Assembly: GCA_030141605.1 (NCBI GenBank)
Contig: JAQGDQ010000057.1
Location: forward strand, 434,001 to 498,000
Reading direction: 5' to 3'
Origin: Tubiluchus corallicola
Lineage: Eukaryota > Animalia > Priapulida
Length of the DNA: 64,000 nucleotides
Both the position numbers and the translations under genes were made by a program. Shown piece after piece: positions 22,830 to 35,760 of the stretch (positions within the stretch are counted from its first letter, which is position 1; every line of letters starts with the position of its first letter). The notes under the pieces were generated by a model. It was given only the letters and a program-made list of their open reading frames with translations. It did no database searches and was not told where the DNA came from.

Positions 22830-24631
22830 TAATAACTGTGTTATTGTTAACATTATCGCACCATCATTATTACAATTTCACTTTCATTTATTGCCAATGA
22901 CAGCGATGCTGGAAAAAACTATGCAAAAAGAACAAAACAAAAAAATCTACAACACAAATACCATAACCATTTGCTGTATTTTACAGTGGCATTAAATTTG
23001 ACTTGCACTGTTTAATGAACTGTGGAATTAACTTCAATGAGTAAGATGACTAATGGGCTGAGGAACTATAGTAACCTAAAAGACTAGCTAAGTGGGAGAT
23101 TAGTCACTTGACTGACAATTTAACTAGCAGGTAAAGAACTCGTCAAAATGAATATCATCAAACATGCTGGCATGCTTGCTAATTTGGGTTATAAAGAGCC
23201 AGTTAGTTTAAATTCTTTAGTGTTATATGCTGTGAACTAATATGTGTTATGTTGAACTTTTGCAGCTTTCCACTACAGTAATGCATGATATTTTTTATCG
23301 CCTAATTTATTTTTAGGTGTACACAATGTGATGTGAAGAAAAGCTTACCACAGTTTGTTTTGATACACATGGTTTGGTACTTGAATCTAATATGCTTAGT
23401 ATTTTTTGCAGGTATGTAATACCAACAATAGAATCTAGGCCAAGTAGTCCATTCAAAAAAGGAAGAAACTTTAGAAAAATTAGCTGAAAAACTGAAACTT
23501 TGCACAAAGTGCAGGAAGTTGTGAGATACTGACGATTTTGTCACGTGATCTGTAAAGACCAAGAAAAAATATGTCTGGTTTGGATAATATTAAAAAAACA
23601 GTTGGAGTGGCAAGTGGATTTTTTTTATTTATTTTTGAAATCATATCATTTGAACAGCATGTGCTAAGTACCCGCTAGCAGTGTAGCCAGGTTCTAAAGT
23701 AAAGGGAAATACATAATTAAAGTAGTTATTCAAGAAAATTCATCCCAGACCATGTGACTAATAAAAAAATTAAAAAGTAGACTAAGCGCTCTTTTACAAC
23801 ACCAAAGCCATAAAATTAATACATGTGTAACATGATCAAGATGTCAATATCTTGTCAATGCAAAATTTAGCATTTTTTGGAATATATTTTATTGACAATC
23901 TTGACAAGTATAAAGTTTACCCTTTTAAGTTCAATTAATGCATACAAGGAGTTCTGCTGTTTTTTAGATTTTTAGGAAAACTTTGAAACTTAGTTCAAAT
24001 TGATCAAGAAGTGGCTGACACATCATTCATGACCTTGTCGGACTTTGGATAATACCTATTTGGGTAGATGACAACCGCATTTCTATTCCCCGGTGACTTG
24101 AAAGTTTTGCTTGACAGGCATATGAGCATTTTTTGCTTTAGCTAAACGATATACAGTTTATTGAGTAACTGCTAACACGCTACATTAGCACTCCAAGGCT
24201 TGTGACTGCAGAAACAAGCCAGTCAACTTTGGTGCATGAATAGCACTAGTGAGAGAATAATAATAATCATTTATTATTTGTATGGCACATCACATCAAGT
24301 TATCTCGATGCACTTCACAATTAAAAAGTCTGTTATAACTTACAATTACATATACAATCATTATAAAATTAATGTGGTTATTGAAATTAATGTATGGAAG
24401 TAGTTACTATGACACATTTGAGCATCACTTAGACCTTTGATCTTGGTCTTACATTAAAAACTGTTTTCTACTCTATGGCCAAATGTTGTAGTTAAGCCAA
24501 TCAGACTTGGCACATAGGAGTAGTATTAGATAGACCAAGCAGCAATGCTGGAAGTACATTTAATCAATATACTGCTTGCCATCACAGAATAGAACTTCAC
24601 TCGTGTCTCACAAATATTTTTCTTGCTATAG

Positions 24632-25006
24632 ATGAACACGTCACTTTGGGTTCTTCACCATATTTTGAAAAAGAACCCGAAGATGTGTATGTAGTGGCTG
24701 GTGGATCTGTTGTACTCGATTGTTTGGTAGAGAAAACTTTCACATTGAATGACAAATATAGTGTTTTGTGGTATAAGTATCAAAAACAAGAAAGCGACTT
24801 CACACCATATCTGGTGAATGAGCAAGATCAGAAAATTGTGCATTATGTTCTTCATGCTTATGAACGAAAAAAAACTGGAAACTGGAGCATTCAAATTAAT
24901 GGAGTCCATCCAGGCTTCCATGATGGAAAATACAAGTGCAGCTATCAGGTTCGGGAAAGTAATATTGCTGCCCCGTTCTCTCGAGTGGGAGAGATTATCG
25001 TTATTG
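24632..25006 (+). CDS. Ig domain 1 (V/I-set) exon
   Basis: PYFEKEPED..V..G.SVVLDC...VLWYK...WSIQI...DGKYKC; ctatag acceptor, gtaagt donor. Confidence 0.9.
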
Positions 25007-28000
25007 GTAAGTATTTAATTAGAGTGTGCCACTGATTAAATGGGACAATATTGTCAGCTTTTTAATAATATTTAATTTTGGTGTGTCGATTTTGTTACAA
25101 CAGACTTATAAATGTTTTTACTTAATAGATTAAATATGATTTACTCAAATTTGTTTGCTAAATGTGGTCCTTCCTTATTTCATATATCAGGTCTTGTATA
25201 TATCAGCTGTTGCTATTATTAAGGATATACCATTTCTCAAAAGCTAAGTCATAGAAGTGCTGCTATGTGGTTGACAGGTGATTAAGCATATGTCATTAAT
25301 AAAAATATACAGTTTTAGTTGCCTAATAGTTGGCGTGGAACTAAATTCATTGTCGTATGTAGCTTCTACATATTTATCATGTTTAATTAATGTCATTTCG
25401 TTCATGTTGCATTTGTTTATTTGGAGCAAAACGCACACATCTTAATAAGTATAATAATAATATTATGTTTTTTGATTAATCACTTGTTTTAATTTTTGTA
25501 ATAGGTGTGACGTATATAGAAGTAAAACTGAATGATAAAGTTCAGCATAAGAAAATAATCTCTGTGAATGCAGAACAAGTCTTTCATAATATTACTTGTG
25601 AAGCCATTGGGAGCAGACCTAGACCTAACATCACATGGATTTTTGGTATTTCTATATTTTTTTATAGTAGCCCTAAAGTTATGTTTTATAGATTTGTAAT
25701 AGTTACGTTTTAGTACTCTGCTCATTAAGCATTACTTAAACAGGTTTAATTAACAGTAACACTAACATAAGTGTCATTCAACACAGGTGTGGTTGCTCTT
25801 TGCTATCATGTTGGTCATACGTTGCACAGTTGTTTCTTACCATGCTGTGTATAATGATGTCCCACTTAGACTGATTAATAAGTTGACAACGAATAGAAAT
25901 TCAACTTTTATTTTAAAAAAATCGCAAGAAAAGGCTAAAATTTGTAGCCTTCTGTCATTACCTTTTATATCACTTAGCAGCTTTCTGTGATAAATACCAC
26001 ATGTGAAGTGAAACTTTGAACTAACAATATCATTCCATTAATGGTTACTTGAAATTTCAAAATGGCAGTGTTATCTTAAGGGTATTATAGACTCCCGGGC
26101 AAAGCAGTGCACTGCAGCCCTTATCTACACAACAGCTCACAGGAACAAAAATGGCTGATAAAATTAAACATATATTTATTTATTGGTACTTCCAACAAAA
26201 TCAGTGTTTAAAGATTAAGAAACATGCTGTACTGCAAACACAAATGTTTGAACAATATAACATGAGCCTTGAAAAATGAAAATGTCAACTTATAAATGAT
26301 ACTCAAATGGTAAACCATGTTGATGAAGATGGCACAGCATGAAATTGGTATGAAATATTTATTACTAATCAAGTGTTCAACACAAACTTTGTGGAGTTTC
26401 ATTGCAGAGAAACACACACATTCATGTGAGGTTGCAGAGATAACCATGGTATTAAATCAGACGTGAATGTCAATGTCCACTTGCAACACAATAACAAATT
26501 TGATAGTTTAGTATAGCATAGTATTTATTTATTGACAGCAAGTCACAACATATGTAGATTACTCGTAAATATGTAGAGTACATATGCAAGTCACTAAGCT
26601 CGTTGGGCCCCCTGGCAACTGCCCGGCCTGCGAAATGATACTGAAGTGATTTAATTTGTAGTAAAATAATAGATGGAAAAGAAGGTTCCAAAAGCTCATG
26701 GGTGTTTGTTTTTTACACACAGGTGAAGGCATCAATGAAACAGCGGTGAAAATCTCAGAAACTCAGCATAGTTTGAACCCACATTCTGAGAGATACCTAA
26801 GTACAAGTACATTCTCTTATCATTTTAGAGGAGGCCAAGACGGAGATGATGGTGAAGGACTGGCATGCATGGTGGAAGTGCATGAATTAGTAGGACCAAA
26901 GTTTGTCAATTTCACAATGAGTGTTATGTGTAAGTTATTACCTTGCTAATGTTGATCTTGCTGATATTATCACCTTTGCTGCTGCTTTTCCTTAGATGTA
27001 GTGTCTTGTAAATAATATAGGGTACTGTAAGCAAAATACGATTTATTTTCTCCCCCATCTTTGCAATCTAATGGCTTTGGTTATTATGAAGAATGTGCAT
27101 GCTAGCACCTATAAGTAGTCAAGCATTCAAAGGTTTCATAGTTCAATTTCTGCATTTGTTCCACTGGCATGAAGAGATACCGTAAACAATATGTCACTAC
27201 TCCTGCGTCTCTGATGACTGCCATCCACATACTCATTACAAAGCAACATCGTGTTTGAGCTGATACCATGTAGTAGCTGCGATTTGCATCATCTGCAGCA
27301 GGTGAAGTCATTTGCGATTTGTGCAGATGCTTATTGCCCAGTGATTGGTTTGATGGCTGTTTCTCGATATCCTCTATATCAGCTTGACAACATAATGAAT
27401 CACGTATGTAGACTGGCTACTCCAGTAGTCTGTACTTAGTAAAATTAGTAGTAAAATTGTAATCAAAGAACTTCAAGATGCTAGTACAAATGCTGGTAGT
27501 TGAAAATGTATGTTGAACTCAATTTGCCAAAGACGGCTCTGGAACAATTTCAATGATGTTTGCCAGAGGAAAATTACCAATATTTTTTTTGCCTCATACT
27601 CACTGATTCATCATCTCAACACTGCTGTTAGTCTTCTGCAGCCACTGTCTATAACATCATTGGTTTGAGCCTAGGGCGGGGGGAAGCTTAGAACTATCAG
27701 CTCCTTCTACTGGTGATGAGTGCAATGCTGGCAATGGTGCTGACTCGCTCAAACCTCATATATAGTTACCAGATTGTTTAAATTGCCCTCAAGAAAACAA
27801 TGAATTAGAAATTTAGAACCGCAACAAAACTAGCCAGTATCTTTTCATGAGTCCTCCATGCTAGTGGATGCTGAGATGTTAAAAATGCCTACTGAACTAC
27901 AGAACCTCTACAGTCTACATTCTTGACTACTTATAGGTGCCAACATGGACAGGCTTCATAATGGACAGAACCATTACAATGTAGAGTGAAAATAGATGGC

Positions 28001-31000
28001 ATTTTGCTTATAGCATAATACGTTGCTATGGAAAGGGTGGTAGTTGAAAAGAGAAAGAAATGAAGGTTAACTGGGGTTGGCACTGCAAAAGTAAAGATTT
28101 TGAAAAGTTAGAATGGATACCAAAAAATAAACTACAAATTGTTTACAAATGGAAAGCCTCCCAGCAGAAAGTTTGCTACATGCAGGGAGATGCAGCGAAC
28201 AATAAATTGAGATGATTTTTAGCTAATGATGAAGATGCATATAAGTTTCACCTTAATGGGATGTGTTTAGATGATAGAAGTATGATTGTACAGTGTAAAG
28301 CAAACTTTCGTTTCATTGTTACGAGCTTGATAATGCTAACACATTACTGTTTTTGTTTATTTGGCTTGCGTGTATTTGGTATATAGATTAGTTTAGTTAT
28401 TTAGATGCCTCATTTCAATATTTCAATGTCTGTTACAAAACCTGTGAGCAGGGTGCATTTAGTACAAACAGCAGATATAGTAACTAAATTGGTTTCATTT
28501 CTAAACATTTTGAGAAAGCACATACACATACTTATTTTTGAAATAGAAAAAACAAAAATGTGCGTTATTGTAGAAAAAAATTACTTTAAAGTGACACGTT
28601 TGCCTAACTTGTCAATTAAATATGATTTGTTTGTTGTCTCATTTGATGACATATTTGATGACTGACATTTGCACACATTTTTTGTTCTTGGTAGATTTTT
28701 TGGAAGAAACTATGAAAGTAACAATAGTGAATGACAGCAATGAAATATTGTTCGGCAACCCTATGGAGTTACAATGTTACGTTGATGCCAAACTTGAACC
28801 ATCTTACAATTGGAGTGGTCCCTACCTTTCCAGACCTACAGAAGGCCGATATATCCACAAAGAGAACATGCGACTACTCGATGCTGGGTCGTATACTTGT
28901 TATGCTGAAAACGAGCAAGGTTCAGCTAGTGCCTCTGTTAACATAATCGTACATGTTAGTAAGTATAATGAAGGCTTTTTGAACTGAAACATATCTTTCA
29001 TGAATAGTTTAGGGGTTTGAGTAATGCGGTGCAAATTTCATGTTTATTTTTGATAGTAGTGTATGTCATTTTAATGCTTATGACTGCAAAAAATATTGCG
29101 TCATTTTTTTAAATATCGATTCAGAATTCAAAATTGTGTCCAAGATGGCTGCTGGCAACTGTTCCAACTTCTATATTCTGTGTTGCTGATCTGTGAAGTA
29201 CTTTACCAATATACATCAGAGAGGAACCATACTTAACTCTTTATAATAAATCGTAAACCTCACTTTTTAAAGGTAGTTTAAAACATCTAAGATCAACTGT
29301 TTTACACACAGACTACATTGTATGCAGTTTTCAAAATATTGTGCTTTATAAATTTTGAATGTTAATCATTATTAATTTGTATTTTAGTGTGTTCTTATTT
29401 TGTACGGTGCTTTAGAATATGTACCGGTTTTAACGTTATATAGACTTTAGCACAAATATCTTTTTACTGAGCACAAATAAAGCTGGGCACTATGAGAAAA
29501 ACACAGCAAGCATGAAATATTTATAACAAAATAATATTAAATAAGTCGCATTAAGTTTTGTCAGATTTGCAGAATTTCCTTTTCGACAACAAACCACAAA
29601 CACTTCTCCCCGTGTCTTTTTCTGCTTAAGATGCCACGAAAAACAGTTTGCATGAATTTTTCAATTTGATTGGAGCCATTTCCTAGTAATACCTTTTCCT
29701 GGCAACTGTGTCATTGGTGAACCGTTGTTGGTTGGTGCTTGTTGGTTTTTAGCTTTTTTGCTGCAAATTCTGTGTTTAATTAGTGATTTTGTTTAGTGAT
29801 TTTTTGTGTTATTTCTGGTAGTTATGTTATAACAGAAATGTTATTTCTAGTTAGTCACCAAAGCTGTAAAATAGAGCTTAAGGTGCACAAGTGTGTTGCA
29901 TATTGCTGGTTGCTCTTTGTCATTTTTTCTTTTAGATTTTTAGTATTTTTTTTTCACATATAATTTTTGCAATTTGAAATCTTTAGGTTCTCAGGATCAC
30001 CTTTAATATAACTCTTGATCCTAAAGAAATTTTGTGACTTTCAAATGCTCTACAATGCAAAAATAAACACATAGCTTTATTAAACCACAACACAAACTAA
30101 ATTTTGTAGGCAACGGCACATTACATAAATGTGTTAAAAAGGTAGCAATTAGGTATGAAAGTATATGTGCTTGCATAACATGTCATACTAGGTTAACATA
30201 GCTCTGTCTCTTGACATTGTTTGGTAATATTAGTGTTTTTGAAAGCTTTTAGAAAATTTGTTACCAGGTGCTATCCAAAGGTTCGTTTCCTGTGAAAATT
30301 TGTAGTTTTAAGTTAGCTATGTTTTATCTTAGCAGTTAGGAATTGTCTATATTCAGCTGATGAAAGTTACGTTTCACATCAGTGGACGGCCATCACAGAT
30401 GATTGTGCGCTCAGGGCATCTTTCTGTGTACTCGATGACATCACTGTTGTGAAATGGAAGCAACTAGACCTCAATCATACCGAGCTTGGCGAATCAGCCA
30501 ATGGCAGGTACACTTCCGTGCTTTCACGAGAGCTTAACAGTTCAAATTGTTTTGATGTTGTACTTGTCATTGAGGATACACAAATATCAGATGTCACTGA
30601 TTACACTCTGGGCATTGAAACTGAAAGTGAGACTACTTATCGGATTGTGCAGCTTTTCTGTAAGTACCCATTTCTGTTTTTGTACTGATGTTATATATAA
30701 ACAGCTACACAGTTATGTAAACGTGGATGGGCAGTTGAGTTTTGCTTTAAAAATTTCATGATTATGAATTTTTTTCTTTATTTCAAGTACTACAATTAAA
30801 TTTCATAAGCTATTAAAAAGTAAAGCTATCAAATTTATTAAAACTGAAAACTGCATTGTGATGTAAGGTTTCATATGAAAAGCAAGAATTTGAATTTCGA
30901 CATGATTATGTACTTTTATGTCCCACTGTGTCTGGTCTCCTAGAAAAGCTAAAAATAAGTTCTAATTATGAAAAAATATGTGATTAAGTTTAATGAATGG

Positions 31001-34000
31001 AAGACTAAATGCTTCAGGATTAATAGATTTTTCGTAAATCTGTATCAAAGGCTATATGTATCTAGACCATTGGTGTACGGGGCGGGGGGCAGGGGGCAGA
31101 CTGCCTCCCCCCAAATTTTCGGGTTTCAAAAAATTTGGGCAAAATTAACGCCCAGAACTGCTCTTTATATTTTCAGAAAATAGTTTTTTCAACTTCGAAA
31201 TTGATTTTTTTTCAGATTTTTCAGATTTCAATCTTCATCGCCTTATTTTTTCCTGGAATTTAAATGTGGCCCGAATCTTGAGAGAGTAATATTTATGCCA
31301 TGCACGTGGATGCCGGAATCTTGAATCTCACAGGAGGCGTCGTCCGCGCAGACTCCCGGTCCCGTACCGGCAGTGAGAGTGGTCTGGAAACAATTAGCAT
31401 TCGCAAAATTGAAAATATACTAGTCGCTGGGTTCTCTGCAGATCTCTGATTGTTTATAAAACTCTTTTCGCTTCCTGTCTTTGGTGCACGCGCATTGATT
31501 GTTTGCCAGCGATTATCAAATACAAATTCCCCATTATTTAATATTATTTACAAAATCCCGACTTTGTGCTTTCTGGTCCTTTATCTATTTAGGATCTGGA
31601 CTTACTGCCTGTATTGTGTGCGGACAGTTGCTTGTCTGTAAATCACTATTACAGTCTCGACAGTGATTTGCTCCAATCGGAAAAATCAATTTTTCTTAAT
31701 TATCTCAAAAGCGACCGCACTGATTTCAAAATTGCAGCTGAGATTGTTGGTTACATGCAAGAATACTCCATCATGTCTATACTTCAAACTTTTTCGAAGG
31801 TTGTCATAATTTTAGCATCTATTGCGGCAACGTCTTGTTGCGCCGAACGCTCCTTCAGTGCCCTTTGACGTTCAAAAACATACTTGAGAAATACGAAGGG
31901 CCAGGCACGTCTCGCTAACCTAGCCGTTCTAAACATTGAGTGTAAGGCGACTAACTGCGTAATGGCCTATAAGATGGAGCAAATAATTGATATATTTGGC
32001 CGCCGAAACAAACGTGATAAATTCTTTTTCTGAGCTAATTTGACCGACATGAGAAAGTGGCAAGTGTCTGTGCATAGCTGCATTCTTAATCCTTGCATCT
32101 TGTGTGGTAATTGCTGATTTGACAGATTATGTAACCGATTCGTATATCAGTCATGAAATATTGATAATTCCTCCTTACTGGTTCATTGCTCTGTCATCTC
32201 AGTCATTCAATGTTCACTGGAAGTAAACTGTTCTATTCTGGAAGTTATCTCCAGACTTCTGGTTCTTAGGATACTGTTTATACCATAATCAATGACAGTC
32301 TTTAAAACCTAATGATCCAGGTGCTTGTGCATAATCAAACAAACACAGCTTATCAAGATATCTGGCCATATAGGTCATATCATGTGTTGTGCATCATATT
32401 TCAATATGGCTAATAAATAATGTTGATCAGCTTCATGAGTTCAGTCTTATGTCATCAGAAATGACGCCTTTTTGTATTCGCTATCTGGGACCTAGTAAGG
32501 TTGTACTTGTTGAAACGGGGCCTAACAAATTGGGTGAAATTCTAAGAATGCATGCAAAGAATCCTCTGCCCCCCCCCCCCCCAAATTCATGGACCCCTTA
32601 TGCCTATGATCAAGACTGCCTAGCATTCTTTTAAAAATAAGGAATTGTCATGGGTTAACAATATTAGCTATTTAGGAATCATAAGATGTAGCAATCTTAA
32701 AACTGACGTATCTGAACGTAAAAAAATTCAGAACTTTTCATGCAATTTATTTCATAGGCGGTCAATTAAATCCATTGTTATCAGCTAAACTAATTGGGGC
32801 ACACTATTTTCCCCTTTTTATTGTATGGCACTCAGTTATGTTTAGGAATCTCTAAACAACCTATAAACAGAATGTCTATCGCCTGGAATAAAGTTCGTAG
32901 ACAAATTCAGAACATGTATCTTTGCAATGTAAATATTACAGTACTTTCAGTTAACGCTTTTCTGTTCCATGTATATTGAGAACAGAGAACAATTAATTTC
33001 GCGAGAAGACTGTTAAAATCAAGAAATATGTTTATTTAGTATATGGTAAACCATTATTATCATGGGTACTCCGAGTTTTGGATGAATGTGTGGAACTTAG
33101 GATATAAATTTGATTTATAATGGTCACTCAACTAAAAAAATCGATTGAATCTGTAGTCATTCATAACTTTCTGAACAGTGTGCAAAATAACCAAAAATGA
33201 ATCAGTTACTGTGATTAAAAATTTGTACGAAGTAAATGTGCACAGGAGTTTCATGGCAGTGCAATTAATTTTATATTTGTCTAAAAACCTCCATTTTTAA
33301 TATTAATGTGTTAAATTGAATTATTCATGTACAAATTAATTCTCTTCTTGTAAATATGTTTATATATCATTTTGTCTTGAGTGTTAATGGAAATTAATTA
33401 ACTCTTAACAGACATGTGTAACAAACCTGACAATTCATATGTTCACGAAAAATTTTTAGGCTTGGCATTTTCTAAATCTTTATAATTGGTAATAGTTTAT
33501 CTGGTTTATTAAATAACAAAGTCATAATTGTTTATCAGTCTTTTGCTACAAAATATGTAATGGATGCAATCATCAAGCAAATTCCATGACAGGGAACTTT
33601 AAATATTTACAGTGTGGTATGTTCCTCAAATTCCCGTATCTTAATACAGAAGAAATTGGCATAACATAACATTGCCAAGTGTTCATTTTTTTAAAAGATA
33701 TCAGAATATATAGTTGTAAAATCAGGTGAGCCGAGAAAGCGAACTGTAAGAAAGGAGAGATGACACAAGACAGTTAGTATTTTACAAGTTTTACAAAGCC
33801 CTTTGTTGCTATTGATGTTGTTATTAATATAGTACCAAACATTTCATTGCTTAATATGATTCTGTCTTGTTAACCTGACCTGCTTATTAATTTAATCAAA
33901 CAGGTTTACCAGCTCTACCATTGGAACATAAAAGTGTATATGAAGGTGAAGTAACACAAGATGTCGTTCTCAAAATCAATTTCTGCTGTCGGCCAAAGTT

Positions 34001-35190
34001 TGAGAAGGCAATCTGGGTGTGGAAAAATGGTAAAATTGATGTTAGTGGACCAGACTTGTATGCATATGGTGATTACATTAGCGGTCGAATTGTTGCCATT
34101 ACTGACATTTGCTACAGAGCCTTGTTAAAGATAGAGAACATAAAACGGCAAGATATGCAAACATACACGCTCATCTTAAACAATGGACTAATGGATGTTG
34201 ACTTCTCAGTAGAACTTAGTAAGTTGTTTGTTTGTTTATTTGCTATTTGCAGTAAGGGCTTTTTATGTTTTCAAATGTTTTGAAGCAGCTAAATTTAGTT
34301 AGTTGTCTTTCAAATGGCTTCTTTTCCATTGCAATAAAAAGATTTCAGGTCTTCACTTAATGATTTCATAATAGTAAGTAGGTCATAACATAAGAACTTG
34401 TTTTAGGAATGTAATTATAACTATGAAACTTTGGCCAGGATTTATATTAGGAGTTAGTCAGATATTTTGATTTTCAAAACCCATAAAAATGTCTCATCTA
34501 ACAATCACGCAGTGTCTTATGTAAGCCAGTACTGTTAAAGCTTACAAAAATTAACATTTTGTTGATAGCAAAAAATATATACAAAAAACATAAGTTTTCC
34601 AGACATGTTTCGTTATTAGCATGATATTAATGTATTAAATACTTAGTGATGAATAAACGAATGATTTTGGTTATATTGCACTAACATCTTCTGTGCATAA
34701 ATTTAAAATGTCAAACAAGAGTTCAGTAATTATGATTTTTTAATCTATTTTATTTATTTGTTTATTTTGTTGTTGCAATGTTCGGTAGAGAATGTTTTGC
34801 TAATCTTTTGATAAATCTGTTTCAGTAAGTTCATATGCTGGTATTTCATTGGGTCTGGTGTTTGGCATTGCTGCTCCATTAATAATCATCATGATTGTCC
34901 TTGTTGTCATTCATCAGACTAAAGTGAAACTCTTGAACTTTAATCTTTGTCAGCGAAGACAATTTGAAACATCGCAAAACTTTGTCTTATCCAAAGGGTT
35001 GTACTCAACAGTGTCGGCAGAATCTGAAGTTTCTGAAGTGACACAAACGAGTGAAAGTTCTTTTGAAAAGACCGACATATCCCAGAACGAACAAACTTCT
35101 GAAACAAAAATAAGTAACAGTTTATTTGAAGAGACCGACGTATCCGTGTCTGTGACAGATAGTGCAGAAAGTTTATCACCTGGGGACTGA
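24632..35190 (+). CDS. Immunoglobulin-superfamily type-I receptor with 5 Ig-like domains, TM and S/T/E-rich tail (Kirre/Neph/fasciclin-III-like); first exon unresolved
   Basis: Seven phase-1 exons splice in frame: 24632-25006, 25505-25645, 26723-26929, 28695-28958, 30333-30659, 33904-34218, 34826-35190. Confidence 0.85.
25505..25645 (+). CDS. Ig domain 2, first half (C2-type)
   Basis: HNITCEAIGSRPRPNITW; gtatag acceptor, gtattt donor. Confidence 0.85.
26080..26640. mobile_element. Possible decayed hAT-type MITE
   Basis: GC-rich end-like motifs cccgggcaaagcagtgcactgcagccc (left) and gggccccctggcaactgcccggcctg (right); no clean TSD. Confidence 0.35.
26723..26929 (+). CDS. Ig domain 2, second half
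   Basis: STSTFSY....DDGEGLACMVEVH; acacag acceptor, gtaagt donor. Confidence 0.85.
28695..28958 (+). CDS. Ig domain 3 (I-set) exon
   Basis: G.PMELQC.VDA...PSYNW...DAGSYTCYAEN.QG; gtaagt donor. Confidence 0.9.
30333..30659 (+). CDS. Ig domain 4 (atypical) exon
   Basis: ASFC...VKW...NCFDVVLVIED....D.TDYTL; in-frame acceptors possible at 30333, 30336 or 30357; gtaagt donor. Confidence 0.78.
31068..32608 (+). mobile_element. Non-autonomous hAT transposon with C-terminal dimerisation-domain remnant
   Basis: 8-bp TSD ATCTAGAC / ATCAAGAC; imperfect termini CATTGGTGTACGG / reverse complement CATAGGCATAAGG with G-rich subterminal tracts; internal AATSCCAERSFSAL*RSKTYLRNTKGQARLANLAVLNIE. Confidence 0.9.
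32790..33190 (+). mobile_element. Decayed LINE 3' coding remnant
   Basis: PFLLYGTQLC...INRMSIAWNKVRRQI resembles the post-RT LYG..LW...AWN motif. Confidence 0.45.
33904..34218 (+). CDS. Ig domain 5 (atypical, fasciclin-III-like) exon
   Basis: INFCCRP...W.W...ICYRALLKIENIKRQDMQTYTLILNNG; aaacag acceptor, gtaagt donor. Confidence 0.85.
34826..35190 (+). CDS. Terminal exon: TM helix and cytoplasmic tail
   Basis: tttcag acceptor; GISLGLVFGIAAPLIIIMIVLVVI followed by HQTKVK; TGA at 35188-35190. Confidence 0.85.
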
Positions 35191-35659
35191 CGTTAATTGT
35201 ATTGCAATGTTTCCTGTTTGAGTGTGAATGCAGTGCATATCAAACTGTGTGAAAGGAGCAAAAAGAAGAAAGATGTTTTTAATCTTGTAGAATTCTTTGC
35301 CGATTTTAACAAGTAGATGTGTTCAAATCTCTTTTTGCTCTGGGAGTAATTTGAATAGTGGTGTTTGTATGAACAGTTTTTGTTGAGAAAAATAACTACA
35401 AGCGTGTCAGAAGGGTAATTACACTCATCTTAAATTCTTTACTATTTGTAACACAAGAAGTATACAGTTTATTGATTTATTATGTTTATTATTTATTTAA
35501 CAATATTGTCGCAAGTTTGCTAATTTTAGTATTTAATATTTATTTTTTGCTATTCACTTATTTTTATAAAAAAACTAGATGTTTTGGTGAGCCAGTGATC
35601 ATTGTCAATAGTACATCATTATGTCAATATGATATTTCCTTGGTTAAATCTAATTGTAA

Positions 35660-35760
35660 ATTAAATCTGTGGAATTCTCTGCCAGGAACGTGTTTCCTAA
35701 AAACTGCAACCTCAGTCGATTCAAGAAGGATCTCAACAGCCGATATCTTCCATCACTAAC
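35660..35760 (+). mobile_element. Short CR1/L2-like LINE 3' remnant downstream of the Ig gene stop
   Basis: LWNSLP.....(frameshift)NLSRFKKDLNS motif. Confidence 0.55.

Noticed and set aside
27000-28300. Coding-like intronic stretch
   Set aside because: Probably old TE debris, but no motif I can name; frames are heavily interrupted.
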